NCBI GenBank assembly: GCA_964016885.1
Contig: OZ024741.1
Location: 273,048,001 to 273,112,000, forward strand
Direction: 5' to 3'
Length of the DNA: 64,000 nucleotides
Origin: Eledone cirrhosa
Taxonomy: Eukaryota
Shown: positions 36,201 to 51,200 of the stretch, in pieces
Numbering within the stretch: position 1 is the first letter of the stretch
Layout of the letters: each line of letters opens with the position of its first letter
The notes under the pieces: generated by a model
The model's input: only the letters and a program-made list of their open reading frames with translations
Databases searched by the model: none
Told to the model about the DNA's origin: nothing
Program-made: the position numbers and the translations under genes

Positions 36201-39200
36201 ACAGATGCCTACCAGACCAGAGTGACAGGTCTGTATCTGTCTCTCTCTCTCTCTTCTGTTGTAACTACAACAACAACAGCACCTGTACAGATGCCTACCA
36301 GACTAGAGTGACAGGTCTGTATCTGTCTCTCTCTCTCTCTTCTGTTGTAACTACAACTACAACAACAACAACCACTGTACAGATGCCTACCAGACTAGAG
36401 TGACAGGTCTGTATCTGTCTCTCTCTTCTGTTGTAACTACAACAACAACAGCCACTGTACAGATGCCTACCAGACTAGAGTGACAGGTCTGTATCTGTCT
36501 CTCTATCTCGTCTGTTGTAATTACAACAACAACAACAACAACATCCACTGTACAGATGCCTACCAGACTAGAGTGACAGGTCTGTATCTGTCTCTCTCTC
36601 TCTCTTCTGTTGTAACTACAAAAACAACAGCAACTGCCACTGTACAGATGCCTACCAGACTAGAGTGACAGGTCTGTATCTGTCTCTCTCTCTCTCTTCT
36701 GTTGTAACTACAACAACAACAACAACAACGACAACATCCACTGTACAGATGCCTACCAGACTAGAGTGACACGTCTGTATCTGTCTCTCTCTCCCTCTTC
36801 TGTTGTAACTACAACAACAACAGCCACTGTACAGATGCCTACCAGACTAGAGTGACAGGTCTGTATCTGTCTCTCTCTCTCTTCTGTTGTAACTACAACT
36901 ACAACTACAACAACAACAACAGCCACTGTACAGATGCCTACCAGACTAGAGTGACAGGTCTGTATCTGTCTCTCTCTCTCTTCTGTTCTAACTACAACTA
37001 CAACAACAGCCACTGTACAGATGCCTACCAGACTAGAGTGACAGGTCTGTATCTGTCTCTCTCTCTCTTCTGTTGTAACTACAACTACAACAACAACAGC
37101 CACTGTACAGATGCCTACCAGACTAGAGTGACAGGTCTGTATCTGTCTCTCTCTCTTTCTTCTGTTGTAACTACAACAACAACAACAACAGCCACTGTAC
37201 AGATGCCTACCAGACTAGAGTGACAGGTCTGTATCTGTCTCTCTCTCTCTCTTCTGTTGTAACTACAACAAAAACAACAACAGCCACTGTACAGAAGCCT
37301 ACCAGACTAGAGTGACAGGTCTGTATCTGTCTCTCTCTCTCTCTTCTGTTGTAACTACAACAACAACAACAACAGCCACTGTACAGATGCCTACCAGACT
37401 AGAGTGACAGGTCTGTATCTGTCTCTCTCTCTCTTCTGTTGTAACTACAACAACAACAACAGCCACTGTACAGATGCCTACCAGACTAGAGTGACAGGTC
37501 TGTATCTGTCTCTCTCTCTCTCTTCTGTTGTAACTACAACTACAACAACAACAGCCACTGTACAGATGCCTACCAGACTAGTGTGACAAGTCTTTATCTG
37601 TCTCTCTCTCTCTTCTGTTGTAACTACAACTACAACAACAACAGCCACTGTACAGATGCCTACCAGACTAGAGTGACAGGTCTGTATCTGTCTCTCTCTC
37701 TTCTGTTGTAACTACAACAACAACAACAAGAGCCACTGTACAGATGCCTACCAGACTAGAGTGACAGGTCTGTATCTGTCTCTCTCTCTTCTGTTGTAAC
37801 TACAACAACAACAACAACAGCCACTGTACAGATGCCTACCAGACTAGAGTGACAGGTCTGTATCTGTCTCTCTCTCTCTCTTCTGTTGTAACTACAAGTA
37901 CAACAACAACAGCCACTGTACAGATGCCTACCAGACTAGAGTGACAGGTCTGTATCTGTCTCTCTCTCTCTCTTCTGTTGTAACTACAACAACAACAACA
38001 ACAACAGCCACTGTACAGATGCCTACCAGACTAGAGTGACAGGTCTGTATCTGTCTCTCTCTCTCTCTTCTGTTGTAACTACAACAAAAACAACAACAGC
38101 CACTGTACAGATGCCTACCAGACTAGAGTGATAGGTCTGTATCTGTCTCTCTCTCTCTCTCTTCTGTTGTAACTACAACAACAACAACAACATCCACTGT
38201 ACAGATGCCTACCAGACTAGAGTGACAGGTCTGTATCTGTCTCTCTCTCTCTCTTCTGTTGTAACTACAACAACAACAACAACAGCCACTGTACAGATGC
38301 CTACCAGACTAGAGTGACAGGTATGTATCTGTCTCTCTCTCTCTCTTCTGTTGTAACTACAACAACAACAGCCACTGTACAGATGCCTACCAGACTAGAG
38401 TGACAGGTCTGTATCTGTCTCTGTCTCTCTCTTCTGTTGTAACTACAACTACAACAACAACAGCCACTGTACAGATGCCTACCAGACTAGAGTGACAGGT
38501 CTGTATCTGTCTCTCTCTTCTGTTGTAACTACAACAACAACAACAACAGCCACTGTACAGATGCCTACCAGACTAGAGTGACAAGTCTGTATCTGTCTCT
38601 CTTCTGTTGTAACTACAACAACAACAACAACAGCCACTGTACAGATGCCTACCAGACTAGAGTGACAGGTCTGTATCTGTCTCTCTCTCTCTTCTGTTGT
38701 AACTACAACAACAACAACAACAGCCACTGTACAGATGCCTACCAGACTAGAGTGACAGGTCTGTATCTGTCTCTCTCTCTCTCTTCTGTTGTAACTACAA
38801 CTACAACAACAACAGCCACTGTACAGATGCCTACCAGACTAGAGTGACAGGTCTGTATCTGTCTCTCTCTCTCTCTTCTGTTGTAACTACAACTAAAACA
38901 ACAACAGCCACTGTACAGATGCCTACCAGACTAGAGTGACAAGTCTGTATCTGTCTCTCTCTCTCTTCTGTTGTAACTACAACTACAACAACAACAGCCA
39001 CTGTACAGATGCCTACCAGACTAGAGTGACAGGTCTGTATCTGTCTCTCTCTCTTCTGTTGTAACTACAACAACAACAACAACAGCCACTGTACAGATGC
39101 CTACCAGACTAGAGTGACAGATCTGTATCTGTCTCTCTCTCTTCTGTTGTAACTACAACAACAACAGCAACAGCTACTGTACAGATGCCTACCAGACTAG

Positions 39201-42200
39201 AGTGACAGGTCTGTATCTGTCTCTCTCTTCTGTTGTAACTACAACTACAACAACAGCCACTGTACAGATTCCTACCAGACTAGAGTGACAGGTCTGTATC
39301 TGTCTCTCTCTCTCTCTTCTGTTGTAACTACAACAACAACAACAACAACAGCCACTGTACAGATGCCTCCCAGACTAGAGTGACAGGTCTGTATCTGTCT
39401 CTCTCTCTCTCTTCTGTTGTAACTACAACAAAAACAACAACAGCCACTGTACAGATGCCTACCAGACTAGAGTGACAGGTCTGTATCTGTCTCTCTCTCT
39501 CTCTTCTGTTGTAACTACAACAACAACAACAACAGCCACTGTACAGATGCCTACCAGACTAGAGTGACAGGTCTGGATCTGTCTCTCTCTCTCTTCTGTT
39601 GTAACTACAACAACAACAACAGCCACTGTACAGATGCCTACCAGACTAGAGTGACAGGTCTGTATCTGTCTCTCTCTCTTCTGTTGTAACTACAACAACA
39701 ACAACAACAGCCACTGTACAGATGCCTACCAGACTAGAGTGACAGGTCTGTATCTGTCTCTCTCTCTCTCTTCTGTTGTAACTACAACTACAACAACAAC
39801 AGCCACTGTACAGATGCCTACCAGACTAGAGTGACAGGTTGTATCTGTCTCTCTCTCTCTTCTGTTGTAACTACAACAACAACAACAACAACAGCCACTG
39901 TACAGATGCCTACCAGACTAGAGTGACAGGTCTGTATCTGTCTCTCTCTCTCTCTTCTGTTGTAACTACAACTACAACAACAACAGCCACTGTACAGATG
40001 CCTACCAGACTAGAGTGACAGGTCTGTATCTGTTTTTCTCTTCTGTTGTAACTACAACAACAACAGCCACTGTACAGATGCCTACCAGACTAGAGTGACA
40101 GGTCTGTATCTGTCTCTCTCTCTCGTCTGTTGTAACTACAACAACAACAACAACAACAACAACAACATCCACTGTACAGATGCCTACCAGACTAGAGTGA
40201 CAGGTCTGTATCTGTCTCTCTCTCTCTCTTCTGTTGTAACTACAACAACAACAGCAACAGCCACTGTACAGATGCCTACCAGACTAGAGTGACAGGTCTG
40301 TATCTGTCTCTCTCGTCTGTTGTAACTACAACAACAACAACAGCCACTGTACAGATGCCTACCAGACTAGAGTGAGAGGTCTGTATCTGTCTCTCTCTCT
40401 CTTCTGTTGGAACTACAACTACAACAACAACAGCCACTGTACAGATGCCTACCAGACTAGAGTGACAGGTCTGTATCTGTCTCTCTCGTCTGTTGTAACT
40501 ACAACAACAACAACAACAGCCACTGTACAGATGCCTACCAGACTAGAGTGACAAGTCTGTATCTGTCTCTCTTCTGTTGTAACTACAACTACAACAACAA
40601 CAGCCACTGTACAGATGCCTACCAGACTAGAGTGACAGGTATGTATCTGTCTCTCTCTCTCTCTTCTGTTGTAACTACAACAACAACAGCCACTGTACAG
40701 ATGCCTACCAGACTAGAGTGACAGGTCTGTATCTGTCTCTGTCTCTCTCTTCTGTTGTAACTACAACTACAACAACAACAGCTACTGTACAGATGCCTAC
40801 CAGACTAGAGTGACAGGTCTGTATCTGTCTCTCTCTTCTGTTGTAACTACAACAACAACAACAACAGCCACTGTACAGATGCCTACCAGACTAGAGTGAC
40901 AGGTCTGTATCTGTCTCTCTCTCTCTCTTCTGTTGTAACTACAACAACAACAACAACAACAGCCACTGTACAGATGCCTACCAGACTAGAGTGACAGGTC
41001 TGTATCTGTCTCTCTCTCTCTCTTCTGTTGTAACTACAACAAAAACAACAACAGCCACTGTACAGATGCCTACCAGACTAGAGTGATAGGTCTGTATCTG
41101 TCTCTCTCTCTCTCTCTTCTGTTGTAACTACAACAACAACAACAACATCCACTGTACAGATGCCTACCAGACTAGAGTGACAGGTCTGTATCTGTCTCTC
41201 TCTCTCTCTTCTGTTGTAACTACAACAACAACAACAACAGCCACTGTACAGATGCCTACCAGACTAGAGTGACAGGTATGTATCTGTCTCTCTCTCTCTC
41301 TTCTGTTGTAACTACAACAACAACAGCCACTGTACAGATGCCTACCAGACTAGAGTGACAGGTCTGTATCTGTCTCTGTCTCTCTCTTCTGTTGTAACTA
41401 CAACTACAACAACAACAGCCACTGTACAGATGCCTACCAGACTAGAGTGACAGGTCTGTATCTGTCTCTCTCTTCTGTTGTAACTACAACAACAACAACA
41501 ACAGCCACTGTACAGATGCCTACCAGACTAGAGTGACAAGTCTGTATCTGTCTCTCTTCTGTTGTAACTACAACTACAACAAAAACAGCCACTGTACAGA
41601 TGCCTACCAGACTAGAGTGACAGGTCTGTATCTGTCTCTCTCTCTCTTCTGTTGTAACTACAACAACAACAACAACAGCCACTGTACAGATGCCTACCAG
41701 ACTAGAGTGACAGGTCTGTATCTGTCTCTCTCTCTCTCTTCTGTTGTAACTACAACTACAACAACAACAGCCACTGTACAGATGCCTACCAGACTAGAGT
41801 GACAGGTCTGTATCTGTCTCTCTCTCTCTCTTCTGTTGTAACTACAACTACAACAACAACAGCCACTGTACAGATGCCTACCAGACTAGAGTGACAAGTC
41901 TGTATCTGTCTCTCTCTCTCTTCTGTTGTAACTACAACTACAACAACAACAGCCACTGTACAGATGCCTACCAGACTAGAGTGACAGGTCTGTATCTGTC
42001 TCTCTCTCTTCTGTTGTAACTACAACAACAACAACAACAGCCACTGTACAGATGCCTACCAGACTAGAGTGACAGGTCTGTATCTGTCTCTCTCTCTTCT
42101 GTTGTAACTACAACAACAACAGCAACAGCTACTGTACAGATGCCTACCAGACTAGAGTGACAGGTCTGTATCTGTCTCTCTCTCTCTTCTGTTGTAACTA

Positions 42201-45200
42201 CAACTACAACAACAGCCACTGTACAGATTCCTACCAGACTAGAGTGACAGGTCTGTATCTGTCTCTCTCTCTCTCTTCTGTTGTAACTACAACAACAACA
42301 ACAACAACAGCCACTGTACAGATGCCTCCCAGACTAGAGTGACAGGTCTGTATCTGTCTCTCTCTCTCTCTTCTGTTGTAACTACAACAAAAACAACAAC
42401 AGCCACTGTACAGATGCCTACCAGACTAGAGTGACAGGTCTGTATCTGTCTCTCTCTCTCTCTTCTGTTGTAACTACAACAACAACAACAACAGCCACTG
42501 TACAGATGCCTACCAGACTAGAGTGACAGGTCTGGATCTGTCTCTCTCTCTCTTCTGTTGTAACTACAACAACAACAACAGCCACTGTACAGATGCCTAC
42601 CAGACTAGAGTGACAGGTCTGTATCTGTCTCTCTCTCTTCTGTTGTAACTACAACAACAACAACAACAGCCACTGTACAGATGCCTACCAGACTAGAGTG
42701 ACAGGTCTGTATCTGTCTCTCTCTCTCTCTTCTGTTGTAACTACAACTACAACAACAACAGCCACTGTACAGATGCCTACCAGACTAGAGTGACAGGTTG
42801 TATCTGTCTCTCTCTCTCTTCTGTTGTAACTACAACAACAACAACAACAACAGCCACTGTACAGATGCCTACCAGACTAGAGTGACAGGTCTGTATCTGT
42901 CTCTCTCTCTCTCTTCTGTTGTAACTACAACAACAACAGCCACTGTACAGATGCCTACCAGACTAGAGTGACAGGTCTGTATCTGTCTCTGTCTCTCTCT
43001 TCTGTTGTAACTACAACTACAACAACAACAGCCACTGTACAGATGCCTACCAGACTAGAGTGACAGGTCTGTATCTGTTTTTCTCTTCTGTTGTAACTAC
43101 AACAACAACAGCCACTGTACAGATGCCTACCAGACTAGAGTGACAGGTCTGTATCTGTCTCTCTCTCTCGTCTGTTGTAACTACAACAACAACAACAACA
43201 ACAACAACAACATCCACTGTACAGATGCCTACCAGACTAGAGTGACAGGTCTGTATCTGTCTCTCTCTCTCTCTTCTGTTGTAACTACAACAACAACAGC
43301 AACAGCCACTGTACAGATGCCTACCAGACTAGAGTGACAGGTCTGTATCTGTCTCTCTCGTCTGTTGTAACTACAACAACAACAACAACAACGACAACAT
43401 CCACTGTACAGATGCCTACCAGACTAGAGTGACACGTCTGTATCTGTCTCTCTCTCTCTCTTCTGTTGTAACTACAACAACAACAGCCACTGTACAGATG
43501 CCTACCAGACTAGAGTGACAGGTCTGTATCTGTCTCTCTCTCTCTTCTGTTGTAACTACAACTACAACTACAACAACAACAACAGCCACTGTACAAATGC
43601 CTACCAGACTAGAGTGACAGGTCTGTATCTGTCTCTCTCTCTCTTCTGTTATAACTACAACTACAACAACAGCCACTGTACAGATGCCTACCAGACTAGA
43701 GTGAGAGGTCTGTATCTGTCTCTCTCTCTCTTCTGTTGGAACTACAACTACAACAACAACAGCCACTGTACAGATGCCTACCAGACTAGAGCGAGAGGTC
43801 TGTATCTGTCTCTCTCTTCTGTTGTAACTACAAAAACAACAACAACAGCCACTGTACAGATGCCTACCAGACTAGAGTGACAAGTCTGTATCTGTCTCTC
43901 TCTCTCTTCTGTTGTAACTACAACTACAACAACAACAGCCACTGTACAGATGCCTACCAGACTAGAGTGACAGGTCTGTATCTGTCTCTCTCTCTTCTGT
44001 TGTAACTACAACAACAACAACAACAGCCACTGTACAGACGCCTACCAGACTAGGGGTGACAGGTCTGTATCTGTCTCTCTCTCTCTTCTGTTGTAACTAC
44101 AACTACAACAACAACAGCCACTGTACAGATGCCTACCAGACTAGGGGTGACAGGTCTGTAACTGTCACTCTCTCTCTTCTGTTGTAACTACAACTACAGC
44201 AACAACAGCCACTGTACAGATGCCAACCAGACTAGAGTGACAGGTCTGTATCTGTCTCTCTCTCTCTCGTCTGTTGTAACTACAACAACAACAGCCACTG
44301 TACAGATACCTACCAGACTAGAGTGACAGGTCTGTATCTGTCTCTCTCTCTCTTCTGTTGTAACTACAACTACAACTACAACAACAGCCACTGTACAGAT
44401 GTCTACCAGACTAGAGTGACTGGTCTGTATCTGTCTCTCTATTCTGTTGTAACTACAACTACAACAACAGCCACTGTACAGATGCCTACCAGACCAGAGT
44501 GACAGGTCTGTATCTGTCTCTCTCTCTCTCTCTTCTGTTGTAACTACAACTACAACAACAACAGCCACTGTACAGATGCCTACCAGACTAGAGTGACAGG
44601 ACTGTATCTGTCTCTCTCTCTCTCTTCTGTTGTAACTACAACTACAACAACAACAGCCACTGTACAGATGCCTACCAGACTAGAGTGAGAGGTCTGTATC
44701 TGTCTCTCTCTTCTGTTGTAACTACAACAACAACAACAACAACAGCCACTGTACAGATGCCTACCAGACTAGAGTGACAGGTCTGTATCTGTCTCTCTCT
44801 CTCTTCTGTTGTAAGTACAACTACAACAACATCCACTGTACAGATGCCTACCAGACGAGAGTGACAGGTCTGTATCTGTCTCTCTCTCTCTCTTCTGTTG
44901 TAACTACAACAACAACAGCCACTGTACATATGTCTACCAGACTAGAGTGACAGGTTTGTATCTGTCTCTCTCTCTCTTCTGTTGTAACTACAACTACAAC
45001 TACAACAACAACAGCCACTGTACAGATGCCTCCCAGACCAGAGTGACAGGTTGTATCTGTCTCTCTCTCTCTCTTCTGTTGTAACTACAACTACAACAAC
45101 AACAGCCACTGTACAGATGCCTACCAGACTAGAGTGACAGGTCTGTATCTGTCTCTCTCTCTCTCTTCTGTTGTAACTACAACTACAACAACAACATTCA

Positions 45201-48200
45201 CTGTACAGATGCCTACCAGACGAGAGTGACAGGTCTGTATCTGTCTCTCTCTCTCTTCTGTTGTAACTACAACTACAACAACAACAGCCACTGTACAGAT
45301 GCCTACCAGACTAGAGTGACAAGTCTGTATCTGTCTCTCTCTCTCTTCTGTTGTAACTACAACTACAACAACAACAGCCACTGTACAGATGCCTACCAGA
45401 CTAGAGTGACAGGTTTGTATCTGTCTCTCTCTCTTCTGTTGTAACTACAACAACAACAACAACAGCCACTGTACAGATGCCTACCAGACTAGAGTGACAG
45501 GTCTGTATCTGTCTCTCTCTCTTCTGTTGTAACTACAACAACAACAGCCACTGTACAGATGCCTACCAGACTAGAGTGACAGGTCTGTATCTGTCTCTCT
45601 CTCTCTTCTGTTGTAACTACAACTACAACAACAACAGCCACTGTACAGATGCCTACCAGACTAGAGTGACAGGTCTGTATCTGTCTCTCTCTCTTCTGTT
45701 GTAACTACAACAACAACAACAACAACAACAGCCACTGTACAGATGCCTACCAGACTAGAGTGACAGGTCTGTATCTGTCTCTCTCTCTCTCTTCTGTTGT
45801 AACTAGAACAAAAACAACAACAGCCACTGTACAGATGCCTACCAGACTAGAGTGACAGGTCTGTATCTGTCTCTCTCTATTCTGTTGTAACTACAACAAC
45901 AACAACAACAGCCACTGTACAGATGCCTACTAGACTAGAGTGACAGGTCTGTATCTGTCTCTCTCTCTTCTGTTGTAACTACAACAACAACAACAACAGC
46001 CACTGTACAGATGCCTACCAGACTAGAGTGACAGGTCTGTATCTGTCTCTCTCTCTTCTGTTGTAACTACAACAACAACAGCAACAGCTACTGTACAGAT
46101 GCCTACCAGACTAGAGTGACAGGTCTGTATCTGTCTCTCTCTCTCTTCTGTTGTAACTACAACTACAACAACAGCCACTGTACAGATTCCTACCAGACTA
46201 GAGTGACAGGTCTGTATCTGTCTCTCTCTCTCTCTTCTGTTGTAACTACAACAACAACAACAACAACAGCCACTGTACAGATGCCTCCCAGACTAGAGTG
46301 ACAGGTCTGTATCTGTCTCTCTCTCTCTCTTCTGTTGTAACTACAACAAAAACAACAACAGCCACTGTACAGATGCCTACCAGACTAGAGTGACAGGTCT
46401 GTATCTGTCTCTCTCTCTCTCTTCTGTTGTAACTACAACAACAACAACAACAGCCACTGTACACATGCCTACCAGACTAGAGTGACAGGTCTGTATCTGT
46501 CTCTCTCTCTCTTCTGTTGTAACTACAACAACAACAACAGCCACTGTACAGATGCCTACCAGACTAGAGTGACAGGTCTGTATCTGTCTCTCTCTCTTCT
46601 GTTGTAACTACAACAACAACAACAACAGCCTCTGTACAGATGCCTACCAGACTAGAGTGACAAGTCTGTATCTGTCTCTCTTCTGTTGTAACTACAACTA
46701 CAACAACAACAGCCACTGTACAGATGCCTACCAGACTAGAGTGACAGGTCTGTATCTGTCTCTCTCTCTCTTCTGTTGTAACTACAACAACAACAACAAC
46801 AGCCACTGTACAGATGCCTACCAGACTAGAGTGACAGGTCTGTATCTGTCTCTCTCTCTCTCTTCTGTTGTAACTACAACTACAACAGCCACTGTACAGA
46901 TGCCTACCAGACTAGAGTGACAGGTCTGTATCTGTCTCTCTCTCTCTCTTCTGTTGTAACTACAACTACAACAACAACAGCCACTGTACAGATGCCTACC
47001 AGACTAGAGTGACAGGTCTGTATCTGTCTCTCTCTCTCTCTTCTGTTGTAACTACAACTACAACAACAACAGCCACTGTACAGATGCCTACCAGACTAGA
47101 GTGACAGGTTGTATCTGTCTCTCTCTCTCTTCTGTTGTAACTACAACAACAACAACAACAACAGCCACTGTACAGATGCCTACCAGACTAGAGTGACAGG
47201 TCTGTATCTGTCTCTGTCTCTCTCTTCTGTTGTAACTACAACTACAACAACAACAGCCACTGTACAGATGCCTACCAGACTAGAGTGACAGGTCTGTATC
47301 TGTTTTTCTCTTCTGTTGTAACTACAACAACAACAGCCACTGTACAGATGCCTACCAGACTAGAGTGACAGGTCTGTATCTGTCTCTCTCTCTCGTCTGT
47401 TGTAACTACAACAACAACAACAACAACAACATCCACTGTACAGATGCCTACCAGACTAGAGTGACAGGTCTGTATCTGTCTCTCTCTCTCTCTTCTGTTG
47501 TAACTACAACAACAACAGCAACAGCCACTGTACAGATGCCTACCAGACTAGAGTGACAGGTCTGTATCTGTCTCTCTCGTCTGTTGTAACTACAACAACA
47601 ACAACAACAACGACAACATCCACTGTACAGATGCCTACCAGACTAGAGTGACACGTCTGTATCTGTCTCTCTCTCTCTCTTCTGTTGTAACTACAACAAC
47701 AACAGCCACTGTACAGATGCCTACCAGACTAGAGTGACAGGTCTGTATCTGTCTCTCTCTCTCTTCTGTTGTAACTACAACTACAACTACAACAACAACA
47801 ACAGCCACTGTACAGATGCCTACCAGACTAGAGTGACAGGTCTGTATCTGTCTCTCTCTCTCTTCTGTTCTAACTACAACTACAACAACAGCCACTGTAC
47901 AGATGCCTACCAGAGTAGAGTGAGAGGTCTGCATCTGTCTCTCTCTTCTGTTGTAACTACAACAACAACAACAACAGCCACTGTACAGATGCCTACCAGA
48001 CTAGAGTGAGAGGTCTGTATCTGTCTCTCTCTCTCTTCTGTTGTAACTACAACTACAACAACAACAGCCACTGTAGAGATGCCTACCAGACTAGAGTGAC
48101 AGGTTTGTATCTGTCTCTCTCTCTCTTCTGTTGTAACTACAACTACAACAACAACATCCACTGTACAGATGCCTACCAGACTAGAGTGACAGGTTTGTAT

Positions 48201-51200
48201 CTGTCTCTCTCTCTCTTCTGTTGTAACTACAACTACAACAACAACAGCCACTGTACAGATGCCTCCCAGACTAGAGTGACAGGTCTGTAACTGTCTCTCT
48301 CTCTCTTCTGTTGTAACTACAACAACAACAGCCACTGTACAGATGCCTACCAGACTAGAGTGACAGGTCTGTATCTGTCTCTGTCTCTCTCTTCTGTTGT
48401 AACTACAACTACAACAACAACAGCCACTGTACAGATGCCTACCAGACTAGAGTGACAGGTCTGTATCTGTTTTTCTCTTCTGTTGTAACTACAACAACAA
48501 CAGCCACTGTACAGATGCCTACCAGACTAGAGTGACAGGTCTGTATCTGTCTCTCTCTCTCGTCTGTTGTAACTACAACAACAACAACAACAACAACAAC
48601 ATCCACTGTACAGATGCCTACCAGACTAGAGTGACAGGTCTGTATCTGTCTCTCTCTCTCTCTTCTGTTGTAACTACAACAACAACAGCAACAGCCACTG
48701 TACAGATGCCTACCAGACTAGAGTGACAGGTCTGTATCTGTCTCTCTCGTCTGTTGTAACTACAACAACAACAACAACAACGACAACATCCACTGTACAG
48801 ATGCCTACCAGACTAGAGTGACACGTCTGTATCTGTCTCTCTCTCTCTCTTCTGTTGTAACTACAACAACAACAGCCACTGTACAGATGCCTACCAGACT
48901 AGAGTGACAGGTCTGTATCTGTCTCTCTCTCTCTTCTGTTGTAACTACAACTACAACTACAACAACAACAACAGCCACTGTACAAATGCCTACCAGACTA
49001 GAGTGACAGGTCTGTATCTGTCTCTCTCTCTCTTCTGTTCTAACTACAACTACAACAACAGCCACTGTACAGATGCCTACCAGACTAGAGTGAGAGGTCT
49101 GTATCTGTCTCTCTCTCTCTTCTGTTGGAACTACAACTACAACAACAACAGCCACTGTACAGATGCCTACCAGACTAGATTGAGAGGTCTGTATCTGTCT
49201 CTCTCTTCTGTTGTAACTACAAAAACAACAACAACAGCCACTGTACAGATGCCTACCAGACTAGAGTGACAAGTGTGTATCTGTCTCTCTCTCTCTTCTG
49301 TTGTAACTACAACTACAACAACAACAGCCACTGTACAGATGCCTACCAGACTAGAGTGACAGGTCTGTATCTGTCTCTCTCTCTTCTGTTGTAACTACAA
49401 CAACAACAACAACAGCCACTGTACAGACGCCTACCAGACTAGGGGTGACAGGTCTGTATCTGTCTCTCTCTCTCTTATGTTGTAACTACAACTACAACAA
49501 CAACAGCCACTGTACAGATGCCTACCAGACTAGGGGTGACAGGTCTGTAACTGTCACTCTCTCTCTTCTGTTGTAACTACAACTACAGCAACAACAGCCA
49601 CTGTACAGATGCCAACCAGACTAGAGTGACAGGTCTGTATCTGTCTCTCTCTCTCTCGTCTGTTGTAACTACAACAACAACAGCCACTGTACAGATACCT
49701 ACCAGACTAGAGTGACAGGTCTGTATCTGTCTCTCTCTCTCTTCTGTTGTAACTACAACTACAACTACAACAACAGCCACTGTACAGATGTCTACCAGAC
49801 TAGAGTGACTGGTCTGTATCTGTCTCTCTATTCTGTTGTAACTACAACTACAACAACAGCCACTGTACAGATGCCTACCAGACCAGAGTGACAGGTCTGT
49901 ATCTGTCTCTCTCTCTCTCTCTTCTGTTGTAACTACAACTACAACAACAACAGCCACTGTACAGATGCCTACCAGACTAGAGTGACAGGACTGTATCTGT
50001 CTCTCTCTCTCTCTTCTGTTGTAACTACAACTACAACAACAACAGCCACTGTACAGATGCCTACCAGACTAGAGTGAGAGGTCTGTATCTGTCTCTCTCT
50101 TCTGTTGTAACTACAACAACAACAACAACAACAGCCACTGTACAGATGCCTACCAGACTAGAGTGACAGGTCTGTATCTGTCTCTCTCTCTCTTCTGTTG
50201 TAACTACAACTACAACAACATCCACTGTACAGATGCCTACCAGACGAGAGTGACAGGTCTGTATCTGTCTCTCTCTCTCTCTTCTGTTGTAACTACAACA
50301 ACAACAGCCACTGTACATATGTCTACCAGACTAGAGTGACAGGTTTGTATCTGTCTCTCTCTCTCTTCTGTTGTAACTACAACTACAACTACAACAACAA
50401 CAGCCACTGTACAGATGCCTCCCAGACCAGAGTGACAGGTTGTATCTGTCTCTCTCTCTCTCTTCTGTTGTAACTACAACTACAACAACAACAGCCACTG
50501 TACAGATGCCTACCAGACTAGAGTGACAGGTCTGTATCTGTCTCTCTCTCTCTCTTCTGTTGTAACTACAACTACAACAACAACATTCACTGTACAGATG
50601 CCTACCAGACGAGAGTGACAGGTCTGTATCTGTCTCTCTCTCTCTTCTGTTGTAACTACAACTACAACAACAACAGCCACTGTACAGATGCCTACCAGAC
50701 TAGAGTGACAAGTCTGTATCTGTCTCTCTCTCTCTTCTGTTGTAACTACAACTACAACAACAACAGCCACTGTACAGATGCCTACCAGACTAGAGTGACA
50801 GGTTTGTATCTGTCTCTCTCTCTTCTGTTGTAACTACAACAACAACAACAACAGCCACTGTACAGATGCCTACCAGACTAGAGTGACAGGTCTGTATCTG
50901 TCTCTCTCTCTTCTGTTGTAACTACAACAACAACAACAACAGCCACTGTACAGATGCCTACCAGACTAGAGTGACAGGTCTGTATCTGTCTCTCTCTCTC
51001 TTCTGTTGTAACTACAACTACAACAACAACAGCCACTGTACAGATGCCTACCAGACTAGAGTGACAGGTCTGTATCTGTCTCTCTCTCTTCTGTTGTAAC
51101 TACAACAACAACAACAACAACAACAGCCACTGTACAGATGCCTACCAGACTAGAGTGACAGGTCTGTATCTGTCTCTCTCTCTCTCTTCTGTTGTAACTA

